Source of the DNA: Ascidiella aspersa
Taxonomy: Eukaryota
NCBI GenBank assembly: GCA_963924565.1
Contig: OZ004614.1
Coordinates: 24,056,001 to 24,120,000 of the forward strand
DNA: 64,000 nt
Direction: 5' to 3'
Shown: positions 25,401 through 37,499 of the stretch, in pieces
Numbering within the stretch: the stretch's first letter is position 1
How the letters are laid out: the number at the start of each line of letters is the position of its first letter
Program-made: the position numbers and the translations under genes
Notes under the pieces: generated by a model
Database searches by the model: none
What the model saw: only the letters and a program-made list of their open reading frames with translations
What the model was told of the DNA's origin: nothing

Positions 25401-28400
25401 TTCTCAAAATAACGCAGTTTATAGTCCAACTCAGGGATGGCCAGCCCGCGACCAGATATTCTCACTTTCAGTAGCCTTTTTTAAAACAATTGTTTCGACT
25501 ATCACGTGTAGAACGCGCAGTATTTGATGTAGGCCCAATCTTATGTATAAGGCTATACCGGTAATCGAGCCTAGTGTCGCATTTCAACATCCATCAAACT
25601 CTTGTTCACCCATCATTGTTAAGCACGATGTGTGTTTCTGCGGACTGTTTTAAGAAAATATATCAGCCCGGAGGTGTCGTACCATGGCGTGTAAACTCAA
25701 TTTTTCGCGCTTTGCGCGATAAGGCCGACATTTACTTAAATATTTGCACACGAGTTCACTCTCGAAGAACGGGTGTTTATAAGTTAAGTTGTTTTATGAC
25801 GTTACGATATGACGTAAATTATGACGTTACCCCTTCAGTTTGATAGGTTGTGCAAGTGGCAATACGGTCCTTTCAGTTAAAGGCTGGTCTTCCCTAATCT
25901 AACACGAATTCGACTTTGTAGCGTTCAAAAGTTCCACGGCGCAACTTCCCCGCAGTAAGCATATGCTTATGGACTGAATATATATATATAAGCACGAAGG
26001 AAAATATATTTATACTGTTAATTTGGCTAAGGGTACAATTTGGAAATCCATCACCTGGGGGCCCTATGATGCAAGTATGAGCCTAAATGAAAATTCTTAC
26101 CAACGCCATTAATAAAACATGATGAATGTACGGTACAGCTATCACGCATCCCACAACTTCGTGATAAATTGAAATAATAAACGGTTGGTCGCGCTCCACT
26201 AAATATGGCTCGAAGATCCACTTTTAGTCTGCGGCCAACAGTCTGTCTCCAACTGACTTAAAACCTTAATTGTTATAAATTGCGCAATAAAAATAAGCCC
26301 GTCACCTGCAACAGTTAACGTTCTTGTTTGTTCGCCCCCAGCTGAGTTTGCTGCAACTTTACAAACATAACTTCCACCATCATGCACATTCACATGTTTG
26401 ATGTGTAGGGTTCGTCTCACGTAATACCCACTTGAAGATGTGGATTGGTAAACGTGGTGGGTTGTGTCGGTAGAAACTAAAGAGTTACCCCTAAACCAAA
26501 GTAGAATAATTATAAAATATTAACATTGAGAAAGCAAACAAACCCTGAAACTGTATACATTAACGTATTGTATCAACTGTTGAGGGTGCTACACGCACAA
26601 GGTGTCGTATTTAAAAAAAAATGAACAGCGTTTTTTTTTTGAACCAATGCAAAAATGATTCAAATAAAAAATAACATTTGCGTAGAATTAAAAGATATAA
26701 TTTTTGGGTTCAATGACCTTATTCCCTCATGCCAATCAGGAAAAGTTTGAACACATTTTGTGAAATAAAACTAAGCTACAAGAATTAATTTCGTACACTT
26801 ATTGCGCACATAACTTTGTCAAATTGCTGAGCGTTTGGCCTTGTTAAAAACTCTGAGCGTTAAAAAACGCTGAACACAACCACGTTCCCTTTGGCTGCAC
26901 GGCGGCGTGTAGTAAACGCACTATGTTCGGAGAGAAAAAAAAAACGTTTTAGGACCTAAATTAATCAAATGGACTTTTGGCAGTAATACTGAATATATGT
27001 GTCAATCACAAACGTGGGGGTTCTGTCCGTAGAAACTGATGACCTACTCTAAATTCAAATATAATATATATAAATTAATGTTGAGATGGTAAACATAACC
27101 TTAAACTGGATACACATACGCACTATAATAACCATAGAGGGTGCTACACGCAAAGGGTTTTAACGCTTTCGGCGAACTGACCTACATGATGCTAATTTTG
27201 CAAACTAAATGCGCTGGTAACTTGGCCAGAGCGAAGGGCGTTTAGCACACAGTTAGAAACTCAGAGCATCTAATATCGCCCTGCACACCCACTTACGGCG
27301 CTTATGGCTGCGCACTATTTTGGGAGAATCGTTAACCTTAAATAACAAAATTATACGCAGTCAAACGGACTTTTGGCAGTATTACTTAATATATGTGTCA
27401 ATCCCAAACATACAATATAATTACAGACCTCATCCAATCAACTTGTGGTGTTGGGTTTCCTCTCGATTCGCAAACAACTTGTTGTGTTGTTCCATGCGCA
27501 AGGTCAATAGTTGTGGGTGAAATTGTTAGCGTTGCCGGTACTGAAACCGGAAAATAATAAATTGAAAGCCTCTGAGTGAGATTAGTCGTCGTTACAAAGG
27601 CAAATTTCTAAAGATGTCAAAGACAATGCACATATAAAACGTGGTCGCTAGAACAGAAAATTAAAATATACCTATTAGCTTGTCGCTCACATAGAACTGT
27701 AAATTTTAAATTAAAAAAGGAAAATTATGCGATACATTACTTGCGTGGCTTCTTCAATGTATAACCAGTGCTTTGCACTTAGAAGTTCTAAGTTAGAACC
27801 AAGGCTGGGGAGCCGGAGCTGGAGCCCGGAGCCCGGAGCTAAGCATTTTCTCTGGAGCCAGAGCCGGAGCCGGAGCCATTGTTATTAGTTTTGTGGAGCT
27901 GGAGCCGGAGCCGGAGCCATTGTTATTATTTTTGTGGAGCTGGAGCCGGTGCCGGAGCCATTTTTATTATTTTTGTGGAGCTGGAGCCGGAGCCGAAACC
28001 ATTTTTATTATTATTGTGGAGCTGGAGCCAGAGCCGGAGCCCTTTTTATTATTTTTGTGGAGCTGGAGCCATTTTTCAATTTGTGCTGCTAAAGCTAAGA
28101 AATTATATTTTGTTCCATCTCCAACGTCAGTTAGCCAAAAGCAATTTTTAAAACTTGCCATTGAATAAGTGACTGGTGGCACCGGAGCTGGAGCCGGAGT
28201 CATTGTGTGTGTGTTTGATGGCTCTGGAGCTGGAGATGAAGCTGGAGCCGGAGCCAAAGGATATGAGTTTTACTACTCCGGATCTGGAGCCGGAGCCAAA
28301 GGATATGAGTTTTACGACTCCTGAGCTGGAGCCGGAGCTAATGCTATTTTACGGTGGCTCCCCAGCCCTGGTTAGAACTGTCAAGGCGATATTGGTAATG

Positions 28401-31400
28401 TAGTATCGGAGGCTTCTAATTTACTAAGCTTATCGAAATTGAAGCAACTGTATGGCATTTAATAAGCATTTTGTGCCACTAGACATAATATTTTTGGTCT
28501 CTACTTACCAAGGATAGTTAGAGTCTTGCTTTTCACGCCACTTCCAGCCCAGTTGGTCGTTTTACATTCGTACAAACCCCCGTTTCCAGCGTCGTTGTTG
28601 ATTCTAATGTAAAGATCAGAGTTGCCAGTTGATCCTCCGCTCGTTGTAGTTGAAACTTGATAAACTACAGTTGATGAACTGGAAGATATCTCAGCGTTGT
28701 TCCTTAAAAGTAAAAAAAAAGTTTGTGAAATTCATTCTGTAATAAAGTGCGACTATAGTAAATCCGTTCTTCATTTTAAAATCTTATGCTTTATTATGCC
28801 ACGATTTGGTCATCACTTTGTTTTAGTATACCTTTTTGTATTGTAAGGATTGCTTTTATTCAAGATATTTAAAATTGTATTTGAAAGTAAGACATATTTT
28901 GTTTTTCTAAAATGCTTGTTTATCATTTTTTTTATTTAACTATAACATACTTTAGTTCATACGCTATAAAACAACCACACATTGAGAACTTATTTTAACC
29001 AGCAAGTAGTTCGTCAAGTTTATAAAACAAACGCAAAAGCGTGAATAAATACACGTTTACATAGTACGTTTAGGTTGAAATAAATGTAAAATAACATCGA
29101 AGTTTTGGGCGAGTTACCCAACTTATTATGGCTCATCGCTTAAACGTAACTAATTACTCGTTTACATTGTACGTTTAATAAGTGTAAAACTAACATCGAT
29201 TTCGGGCGAGTAAATCAGTTTGTTTAGTTTATTGCATTGTCTGTCTCGCATATTCGATTCCATTGTGTCAACAAGATGCAACCAGAAATAAGTAAGATAT
29301 AAACACAGACTTCTAAGTCCATCTTACCTAAACCATCTACACTGAGGCTGGTGATACCCCGAGCATGTGCATTTCTCAACTGTCATTATGTTGATGCCCA
29401 ATGTCCGTGTTGTAGATGTGAGATGCAATGCAGAAGAACCTAAAAGCAAAAATAAATTGTAAACACGAAACTACCCAACAACTTACACAGAACGTATTAC
29501 ACACCAACTATTGATTCACAAAAAATCTTCAAGAATATACGTAGCGGAAAAGTTCCTAAGACAACACGTTCCTATATTTATTTTACAACTTTGAATACAA
29601 TATTGTTTATTTCTATATTAGGAAATATCTAAAAGTAAATTTAATTACCAGCTACAATGTTGACTGTTGCAACGGCAGTACAAGTTCCAGCACTATTTGT
29701 TGCAGTGAACACGAAATCTCCGTTGTGTGACAAGGCGACAGAGTTGATGACGTAAGTAAAGCTCGTCCCAACTAAATTACTTATTACGTTGGTGTTTGTT
29801 CCACCATGGGCAACAACCACGTTAAGAGGTTCCTTGTAAAAGCCAGAGATGGTTCCTGTGAATGTCAAACTGCTTCCCAATGTTGGTGTGCTGGTTGATG
29901 ACGTCACAGCCAAGTTGCGTTCGACTGCGTTGAAAAAGTCAAGAAATTAACCAAAAAAAATACTATTTTGCTATTGGTTATAAAGGTTAATTATTTTTAT
30001 CATACTGTATTGTTTGTTTGTATTGCTATGGTGTCCAATTTACGAAAAGACTGTCTTTCAACTAACGCCGTAAAACCTCATTAATTTTGATCGCAGGGAA
30101 CAAAGCAGTGGCGTAGCCAGCCGAAAAATTTGAAGGGGGGCCAAAAAGTTGGAATTTTCGGTTTGCTTTTACCATTGTATATACACCGTAACGAACACAA
30201 ATAACAATGAAAGTAGTAAAACTACATTAATGTTTAGCAAACGTTATATTAACTACATCGTTTGCGACGTAACAATGCATGACAACTTAAGGTGTGGCAT
30301 GCCTGGGATCGACTGTTGTGGTACTGCTTATAAATGCTAAAAAAAATAAATTATTAAGAGTAAAATATTTATAAAGGCCCCCTGGCTACGCCTATCATTC
30401 AAATTTGCCCTTGCAGAATCAATGGCGTACGAAATTGTGAATCTTAGAAACCATCGATGGGTAAAGTAGCCTATGGTATCATTTCAAATACGAATTTAAA
30501 TTGAACCTGCGCAAACCAATTTTACCCTTATATTTGGATGGCGGCCTATACTTTATTAAGAACCTCCGGCGTATAAAGAAATAAATAGTCTTGCAGAACC
30601 GTCAGTTTATTACTTCTGGAACATCTTAAATCAAGCTAGTAAATTACTTTAAACTAATTGAATATGTTGTTGCTTACAGGCATGGTTTCAATTGTACAAT
30701 TGCCTTTCCGGCAAAATTTTATTAAAGTTTATTTTTTATTCGGTTTAAAATTCGAGTCTACGTTCACACGTCGTCATCCATACTACTAATGAAAAGTGTA
30801 ATAAAACAACTTTCTAACTTTAATAGTTAATGTAGTTCAGTGTTTGTTAACCTTTTTTAAGTCAGGGCACACCCGGCAAGCGAAACGAGTGCGATTTTTT
30901 TTGGTATACGTGCATTTCTTTTAAATTTTTTGCAAGTTTTATTACCTTGCCAAAACTAAAATAAATGTTAACAAATATACGTCCAATACGACGCACGTGG
31001 CAGCCTTCCACGACACAACGGTAAAAAGGCACTGATCTAGTTCACAAGACAGCATCAAAACGTAAACAAACCAGACGTGCAAAGATCATTTGCGCGAAGC
31101 GCGAAAATATTTCGCACTTACTTAGGTAAAAACGTCTAAAGGTATTTGAAATGAACTCGTGTTTAGATTATCAAAGAGGCGGCGGGCCGGATGAGTTACA
31201 TTGGCGGACCGGATCCGGCCCGCGGGCCGTAAGTTGCCGATCCCTGATTTAAACTAATTGCTCATCAAAACTGTTTTATTGTTTTCAAGTACTAATGTTG
31301 TAAAATTACACACCCAACGAAGGTAAAAAGCTGTTTGCCGTAAACTCATCACGCAAAGCATTAGAGGCTCAAACATTCCAAAATAGAATGTTTAACCAAT

Positions 31401-34400
31401 ACTTCCCTCTTAAGTTAGTACAGTTAGACCGATCAGCGCAATTCACCTTGGTATTCGCAAATGTGATAGAATGTTCCAGTACACCCCGCAGCGCCCCACT
31501 TCCAAATGTAAGTATAACTTCCTGGTGACCCGGATTGTGTTCCGAAAAACACCATACATGATCCAAAGCTTGTTGGTCCACTTCCACTTATCCATCCATT
31601 GTATCCTGGTGTTGACCAGGTGCTGCCTGCTTAAAAAGATTGGTCGAAAAATAATTATTTTAAAGTTCGTACGTGTTGTGCAAGCATATAGCTATCGTTT
31701 GTTGTCTGCTTTGTCTAAATTTGTGTTTCTTTTATTTTTGACAGAATTATGTTTATAAAGAGAAAACGTTGACACCCATGAATTCTTACCGCCATCACTT
31801 TCTTATTTTGCTAAGCCAACATAAAAAGAATGGAATGATTGAGAAGGAAACAAAATCCCACTTTTAAAAAGCGAAAAGTTAGCACTAAGGATCATCACAC
31901 TTTTTCGGAGAACTGGAATGCCTGACTAACGAGGGCCGAATATAATTTTGTTCCAACTTCATCAATTTAGTTTTTGTTAATCAAAGAAACTATATGTATA
32001 TTATAGTGTATATTACGTCTTATATGTATATTATTTAATAAAAAATGTCATGAGTTTTATGAAATTGTCGTTCAGTTTTATAGTTCTTTTAAATGGTTTG
32101 AATTTGTGTCCGACAATGGTACAACCGATTAATTTAGTCTTAGATTTATTTTCGCAAAAAGACACGGACATTAAAAGGCCGGCCAACTAACTTTTCAAGT
32201 TGCAAGTTTCCAGCATGTGGTGCATATACATTCTGAGTGTTATATTGCTTTAAACATATAGATCAATACAGACAGCGCCGGCAAAGTCTTTATTGATGCA
32301 GTACGCCTACGGTATTCAGTACGCCTACGGTATAGTATAATGAACCGTCCACAAAGTAAATAAATCAACTACTTTATTCGACATACTTCTATCAACGAAA
32401 CGTCATTCTGGACTTTTGTAATGCACAACCATTACGACAAAATACATATTTCAACATAATATATTTTATCGTGCAAATTTCTCCGTAATAAAACCGATAG
32501 TTGCGACGACCTTAAATGACAAGTTATATGTGAACTTTCGCATAATATTAAACAAATAGCCCCACTACTAGTTATTTTTGTTCAACGTTTCTATATTTTA
32601 CACATTGTACGTTACAGCATTCGGTTTATGTAACCCTTAAAATAGGGTTTTCCACACTTTTTTGGACCACGGACCACTATTTGTGAATCTGTTTTTTCGC
32701 GGACCGCAATACAAAGCAAAAAATAATTAAAACCAAATTTTATATATTTACAAAACTGACAGCATCAATGGGACGAATGAGATTGCTTCTCTCTGCTTAC
32801 ATCATTAATTCATCATAAACTCAAAGCGCAACAAGTAAGATTTACGATATTGGTTAGCAAAAGCTTTCGAAATCGATAAGTTGTGAATAACTGCGGCAAT
32901 TTAATTATTTTTTAAAGAATACACATGCTGTACAACAGGGGTCGGTTAAAACCAAACTCAGAAAGGTCTCTGTGGGCCGCACAAAATGTTAACTAAGAAT
33001 TATGTTATTAAAATGTTAGAACAACTGTTAATCAGGCGGGCTTCGGATATGTTTTTGCACTTAAAATCGTGTTTAGTTACTTTTAAGGAGGCAGTAAAGT
33101 GTTGGCGCAAAGCGGGACAAAAAGGGTTTGTTAGTTTCAAAATTCGAGTCCACACGTCGTTATTCAATATTGAAAAGTGTAATTAAACCATTTTGAGAAA
33201 ACGCGATAACTTAATGGTTAATCGAGTTCAGTGTTTGTTAACATACCGTATTTAAGTCCGTGCGCACCTGGCGAGCGAAGCGAGCGCGATTGTTTTTTGG
33301 GTACACCGGCATTTCTTTCAAATTTCTTGCAAGTTTTTATTACATTTCAAAATAAAAAGTAAAGAATGTATGTCCAATATTTTTGAACACGTTTTCCATT
33401 TGTACGCGACGCACTTTGGCACCTGGCAGTCAGTCTTCCACAGAGCAAGAAGCGCTAATCTAGTTCAAATGACAGTATCATAATATAAACAAACCTTATG
33501 AATAAAGATCGTTAACGCAAAGCGCGAAAAATGTTCGCACTTACAGAGTTGAAATAGTCAAAAAGTATAAGAAATGGACTCGTATCTAGTTTATCAAAGG
33601 ATAAATTACATTCGCGGGCCGGATCCGGCCCACGGGCCAAAGGTTGTCGGCCCCTGCTTTACAACATATAGGTGTAACTTTTTAATATCTTAATTCAATA
33701 CCCTAAATAAAAAATTCAATACCCTAAATAACATGCTCAAACGATAAGTAAAGTTAAAACGTGTAACAATTGTAGGTTGACTTTCTTATGGTAAGATAAT
33801 TACCTGAATAGCTTGAAAATGTCGTTCCGTCTGGCCACTTAAAGTCGTTTACAGTGCGTTCCCCGCCAATGAAGGCATCTGGCAAATGATTTGTTTTAAC
33901 ACTTGCAATAAACAATTTAGGCACAATGTCGATGTTTGTATATACTTACAAACGTTTGAGCCTCCAATCCACCCGTTTCCAACCTTGTTGCTTGCGAGAG
34001 TGCTGAGATGGCTTTGTGTTGCTTCGTCAGGAATACTTGCCAAGTTACCACCTCCATTAATGCAAGCTGTCTTGGCTGTTGCTTGAGTTACTTTGACGCT
34101 CGAAAGCACGAAGTTTCTTCCCTTGCATGTTGCAGCGCCTATAACAGCACATAATGCTCTAAGCTGAATTTGCGTTTATTTTTCCAACCGAATCTAACTA
34201 CAAAAGGTTTTAACGATAATTAAGTTCGACGATTGTCAAAAATGTGATGCCATTTGACAGAACCATGAACAAAATGCGCGAAATACAAAAATCGAAACAC
34301 AGATATTACAATACAATAACAGCATATTGACAGATAAACAAGTGCTCCGCAACCTTTTTCCACTTGCGGCAAACCAAGAGTACTATAACAATACGGCGGC

Positions 34401-34812
34401 ACACTTTATAAAAAAAGCAAATATCCTAGGCTGCTCAGAAGTAACCTTTTACCTAACTTCAAACCATATCCCTAACTTTATCACTAAATCCCCCAATATT
34501 CCAACCATAACTTAATTTTTAACCCCACACATAACCCAACACTAGCCCCAAAGAAGGACAAACAACTCAATGCCAAAACAGCGGCGCACCAACGCCTCCG
34601 AACTAAAGCTCCGGAACGTCGACACCAAAACATCTGATGCAGATCGATGACCCCCGGTCGTCCCATACCCCTTGTTCTACAGTTTTCACTCTGAATTAAA
34701 CTTGCAATGAATACTTCGTAAAATGTTCAAAACTTTGGTAAATAACACAATAATACAAACCTGTTTTGTCGATTCCAACGGCCGTTAACAATATCAAAGA
34801 TAAGATAAACAT
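19460..34812 (-). CDS. Multi-exon type I transmembrane receptor, copy A (SP-CTLD-7xIg-compact CTLD-FN3/FN3-like-TM-Tyr-rich tail), 1296 aa
   Basis: 24 GT-AG exons with compatible phases: 34812-34761 (MFILSLILLTAVGIDKTG signal), 34138-33950, 33878-33804, 31626-31447 (CTLD: ACINGGGNLASI..WIGG..FKWPDGT..C..WKW..C..YHICE), 29924-29649 (Ig1), 29439-29328+28702-28509 (Ig2), 27540-27429+26490-26306 (Ig3), 24992-24875+24806-24619 (Ig4), 24077-23960+23888-23695 (Ig5), 23619-23508+22870-22671 (Ig6), 22199-21900 (Ig7), 21627-21472+21402-21295 (compact CTLD), 21142-20922, 20829-20662, 20598-20409 (FN3/FN3-like), 20132-20033 (TM: PIGVSCAVIILIGVAVLVYV-KR), 19939-19878, 19740-19460 (tail, TAG). Total 3891 nt, open throughout. 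Exons 5-24 and the visible part of exon 4 are matched in copy B. Confidence 0.88.
24164..24445. mobile_element. hAT-type MITE (CAGTGGTCGGCAAAC family)
   Basis: TIR CAGTGGTCGGCAAAC / GTTTCCCGACCACTG, TSD A(A/T)ATAATC; empty in copy B (~58095). Confidence 0.8.
26450..27405 (-). repeat. Intronic tandem duplication carrying a dead 5' fragment of receptor exon 9 (also in copy B ~59780-60735)
   Basis: 26450-27006 resembles 27010-27405 (gagggtgctacacgca at 26582/27137; ggacttttggcagta at 26970/27367). 27048-27010 reads AG|AGTAGGTCATCAGTTTCTACGGACAGAACCCCCACGTTT, similar to the exon 9 start. Confidence 0.7.
27800..28370. mobile_element. hAT-type MITE filled with GGAGC(C/T) minisatellite
   Basis: TIR CAAGGCTGGGGAGCC / GGCTCCCCAGCCCTG, perfect TSD GTTAGAAC; internal GGAGCTGGAGCCGGAGCC arrays; absent from copy B intron. 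Explains the ELEPEP/GAGAG ORFs. Confidence 0.88.
30106..30395. mobile_element. MITE with GGCGTAGCCAG inverted termini
   Basis: cagtggcgtagccag ... ctggctacgcc; absent in copy B intron 4. Confidence 0.6.
32936..33656. mobile_element. hAT-type MITE nested in another MITE in receptor intron 3
   Basis: CAGGGGTCGG / CGGCCCCTG ends, TSD CT(G/T)TACAA; a related truncated copy lies at ~30740-31246. Confidence 0.7.
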
Positions 34813-35147
34813 CGGGTGAAACAAGAAAGGAAACTGTTTGACTAGAAAGCTTGAACTCTTTAAGCGCTGGCTATCCTTGCAGCTCCGAAACAAACTAAGC
34901 ATGTGATTGTCGGTTAATGTGGCCAAGCAAGCCAGCAGGTGAATAAATAAATATGTACGTATAAGAACGAGGCGTTTAAGATCTTTCAGTGTTTCTAAGT
35001 GACTATGACGAAGGCAAAACCTACAAAGAACGGCGTTAACTACGTAGGTTTATCACAGTATTTATAACTAACCCTCTTACGATTTTAATATCAGCAACTT
35101 ATTACGTATTGCCTAAAGTAAACAAACTAAAAAATCATGGGCTACAC

Positions 35148-35573
35148 CAGTGATTCTCAACCTTTTCTGTGCCAGAACCGCACTTGAAACCGAAGGTTTG
35201 CAAGAAGCCGCATCAAAAAACAACAGTAGGCGTATAATTAAAAAAATATTACGAAAGCAAAGAAAATAACAAATATACATAACGCTAGCCTAGGCTTACT
35301 AATTAACACTGTTGAAATAGCTATCTATTTCTTATTGCTGTCAAGCAAGACTAAATATATTATGACGTCACAATCCAGAAAATTATTTTAAACAGCAGGA
35401 CGGAAGTAACCCGGTAACATTAATACCTCGTACCCGGGATCATTGCTGATACAATTCATTAATTCTTGATTTCTCTTACTTACTTTGTTGCAATTCTGCT
35501 ACTTCTAACTAATTTTTCACTCGGTTAGAGAGCCGCAAAATGTACAGTTGAGAGCCGCGGTTGACAATCACAG
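35148..35573. mobile_element. hAT-type MITE ~340 bp upstream of receptor A start codon
   Basis: CAGTGATTCTCAACC / GGTTGACAATCACAG ends, perfect TSD GGCTACAC. Confidence 0.8.
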
Positions 35574-37071
35574 GGCTACACCCAAGCCTTTTGTGTGAAC
35601 CTATCCTATCGTGGTGTACACAATCTTATACGTCAACCAAATTTAAAGGATAACAATAGAAATAAATAACTTCCCAGTAGATCATGGGTGGGAAATTATT
35701 TTTTACTGAGCCGCATAAGAAACAGAAAGTGTTGTGACGGGCCGGGTCAAAAACAGGATTTCAAATACACCCAATATGACGTCATATTGTGGCTCTATAA
35801 AACAAGTAAGCTTACTTAAGAAACCTGTTTTTACGTTGAGGGTTGTGCTGTGCGCCAATATGCGACTGAAGTCAATTTCAAGAAAAGGGGAGAAAAAAAT
35901 GCGGCTATTTGGTTTAAAATGCAAAAGTATAATGCACTATGAACAGATGAAAATAATTCCTCGGCATATTGGCATTTACAAGTTATGTGGGCGCGTTGAC
36001 CCAACAGCTACAAGGTTGCGCAGATAAACCATTTAAAAGTTTGCTCCAAGGACAAAAATAGTTTCTAAACGTGTACCGTATATTGAGATTTTAAGTTGAT
36101 CATGTGTCAATTGTGTCACGTACAATGCAATGTTCATATTGCAAATACGGTAATCGGCTAAAACACTAGATTATTGGATTACTATAAATTGAGTTACAAA
36201 TATGTCGAAAAGTAGCCTAAAAGTGTCGAAAAATTCCCTAATCATGCAGGAAAGGCATATGATTGTTAAAACAGAGTTGTATGTTGACCCCGAAGATTGC
36301 TTTTAAGAAAGCCACTTTAAGAAAATGAGCCGCAGGCTAGATTAAATTTGTCGGCTGGACAGACTCGGTCCGTGGCCTATTTTGACATGGTCTGCAGTGG
36401 ATTAATATAAGGCAAACTATAATAATGTGTTTTTTCTATGATTTTTTATCAGATAGGTTTTTAATAGACTAACAAAACAGCCGATGTCATTTGGCTGATC
36501 TCTGTTAGAAACACAAACCGTGGAAACCAGTTTGTGCGCATTTGTTTGTACTTTTAGAATGAAATAACATCTTGTTGATAGAAACATTCGTCATCTATAT
36601 AGAAACATTTGGCTATAGTATTATTGAATCCGTGAGTAGTGTTTCCTTTTATTAAAATATTAGCTACGCCTAATTATCGTGCAAGACCTGTTTGCTGAAA
36701 TAAATAACTTGCAGACTAATGCTACGCCGTTTACGCAAAACCTAACCTCCTTCTATTCATGCGTTTAATCGGTTGAATGAAAAAATATGTAAAAACATAA
36801 GAATGTTGCACTTTATTACATCTACTATAAGATATGTCCGACAATACCGAATCGGTACAAGTCCAATATAATGGATGGTATCGCTGCCGATCCGCTACCA
36901 ATTAATTTGTGCATATCAGCATTTTTTCGTGATTAAATGAGTTTACTTCTAACGAAATGTTAGGCTTCCTAAAGCAGATATGCGCCACTAAAACAGATTT
37001 TGCTTAATAACCGGACAAACGTTTAAATCAGGTACCGGGATGAAACGTAAAGTAACGGACATCCTATATAC

Positions 37072-37499
37072 CTGGGGTGGCCAACGTACCTCGTGAGCCA
37101 CATCTTACGTTCAGGTTTCATCGCCAAACTCGTTTTAACTTTCCAACACGTCTTTGAAAGTTTTGAGAAATCCCCGTAGAATAAAACGCTGAATTTTTTT
37201 ACGGCGTAATGTTTTTACAACGTCCTTTACAAAATTACCGGATCCATCTCTGCTGACTATAAAATTTGACAGCCTTATGGCATTTATTTAAAAAGTCCTG
37301 CAGTAGGAAAGAAAAAAATCGCTTTATGTAGCCTACATAATATTGTTAGAGTGCAATATTTATAATAAATCTATATTGGAAAAAAGTGGACAGGAAGAAA
37401 CAGGGGTTATATATCTCTGTCCATGTGTAATGTGTGGCTCTTTGGGGTTAACCAAGTAACCAATGCTCCTCTTGGCCTCTTTCTGGTCGACCACCTCTG
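37072..37499. mobile_element. Degenerate hAT-type MITE specific to unit 2
   Basis: CTGGGGTGGCCAAC / GGTCGACCACCTCTG ends, TSD CTATA(T/C)AC; absent at unit 1 ~2825. Confidence 0.65.

Larger units (their letters stand above)
2458..36740. repeat. Tandem segmental duplication unit 1 (~34 kb); unit 2 = ~36745 to beyond 64000
   Basis: Colinear matches: 2460-5000~36745-39060, 5180-9228~39420-43263, 12890-14764~43262-45089, 14765-19460~46791-52942, receptor exons offset ~32.4-34.3 kb (33482 at the stop codon). Confidence 0.9.

Noticed and set aside
27879-28403. ORFs with ELEPEP / GAGAGA / WSWSRS repeats
   Set aside because: All are reading frames of the GGAGC(C/T) minisatellite inside a TSD-flanked MITE in an intron; absent from the paralog.
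34460-34550. C/A-rich CCCTAA-like stretch as an interstitial telomere
   Set aside because: Too degenerate and short; more likely part of an unclassified intronic repeat.
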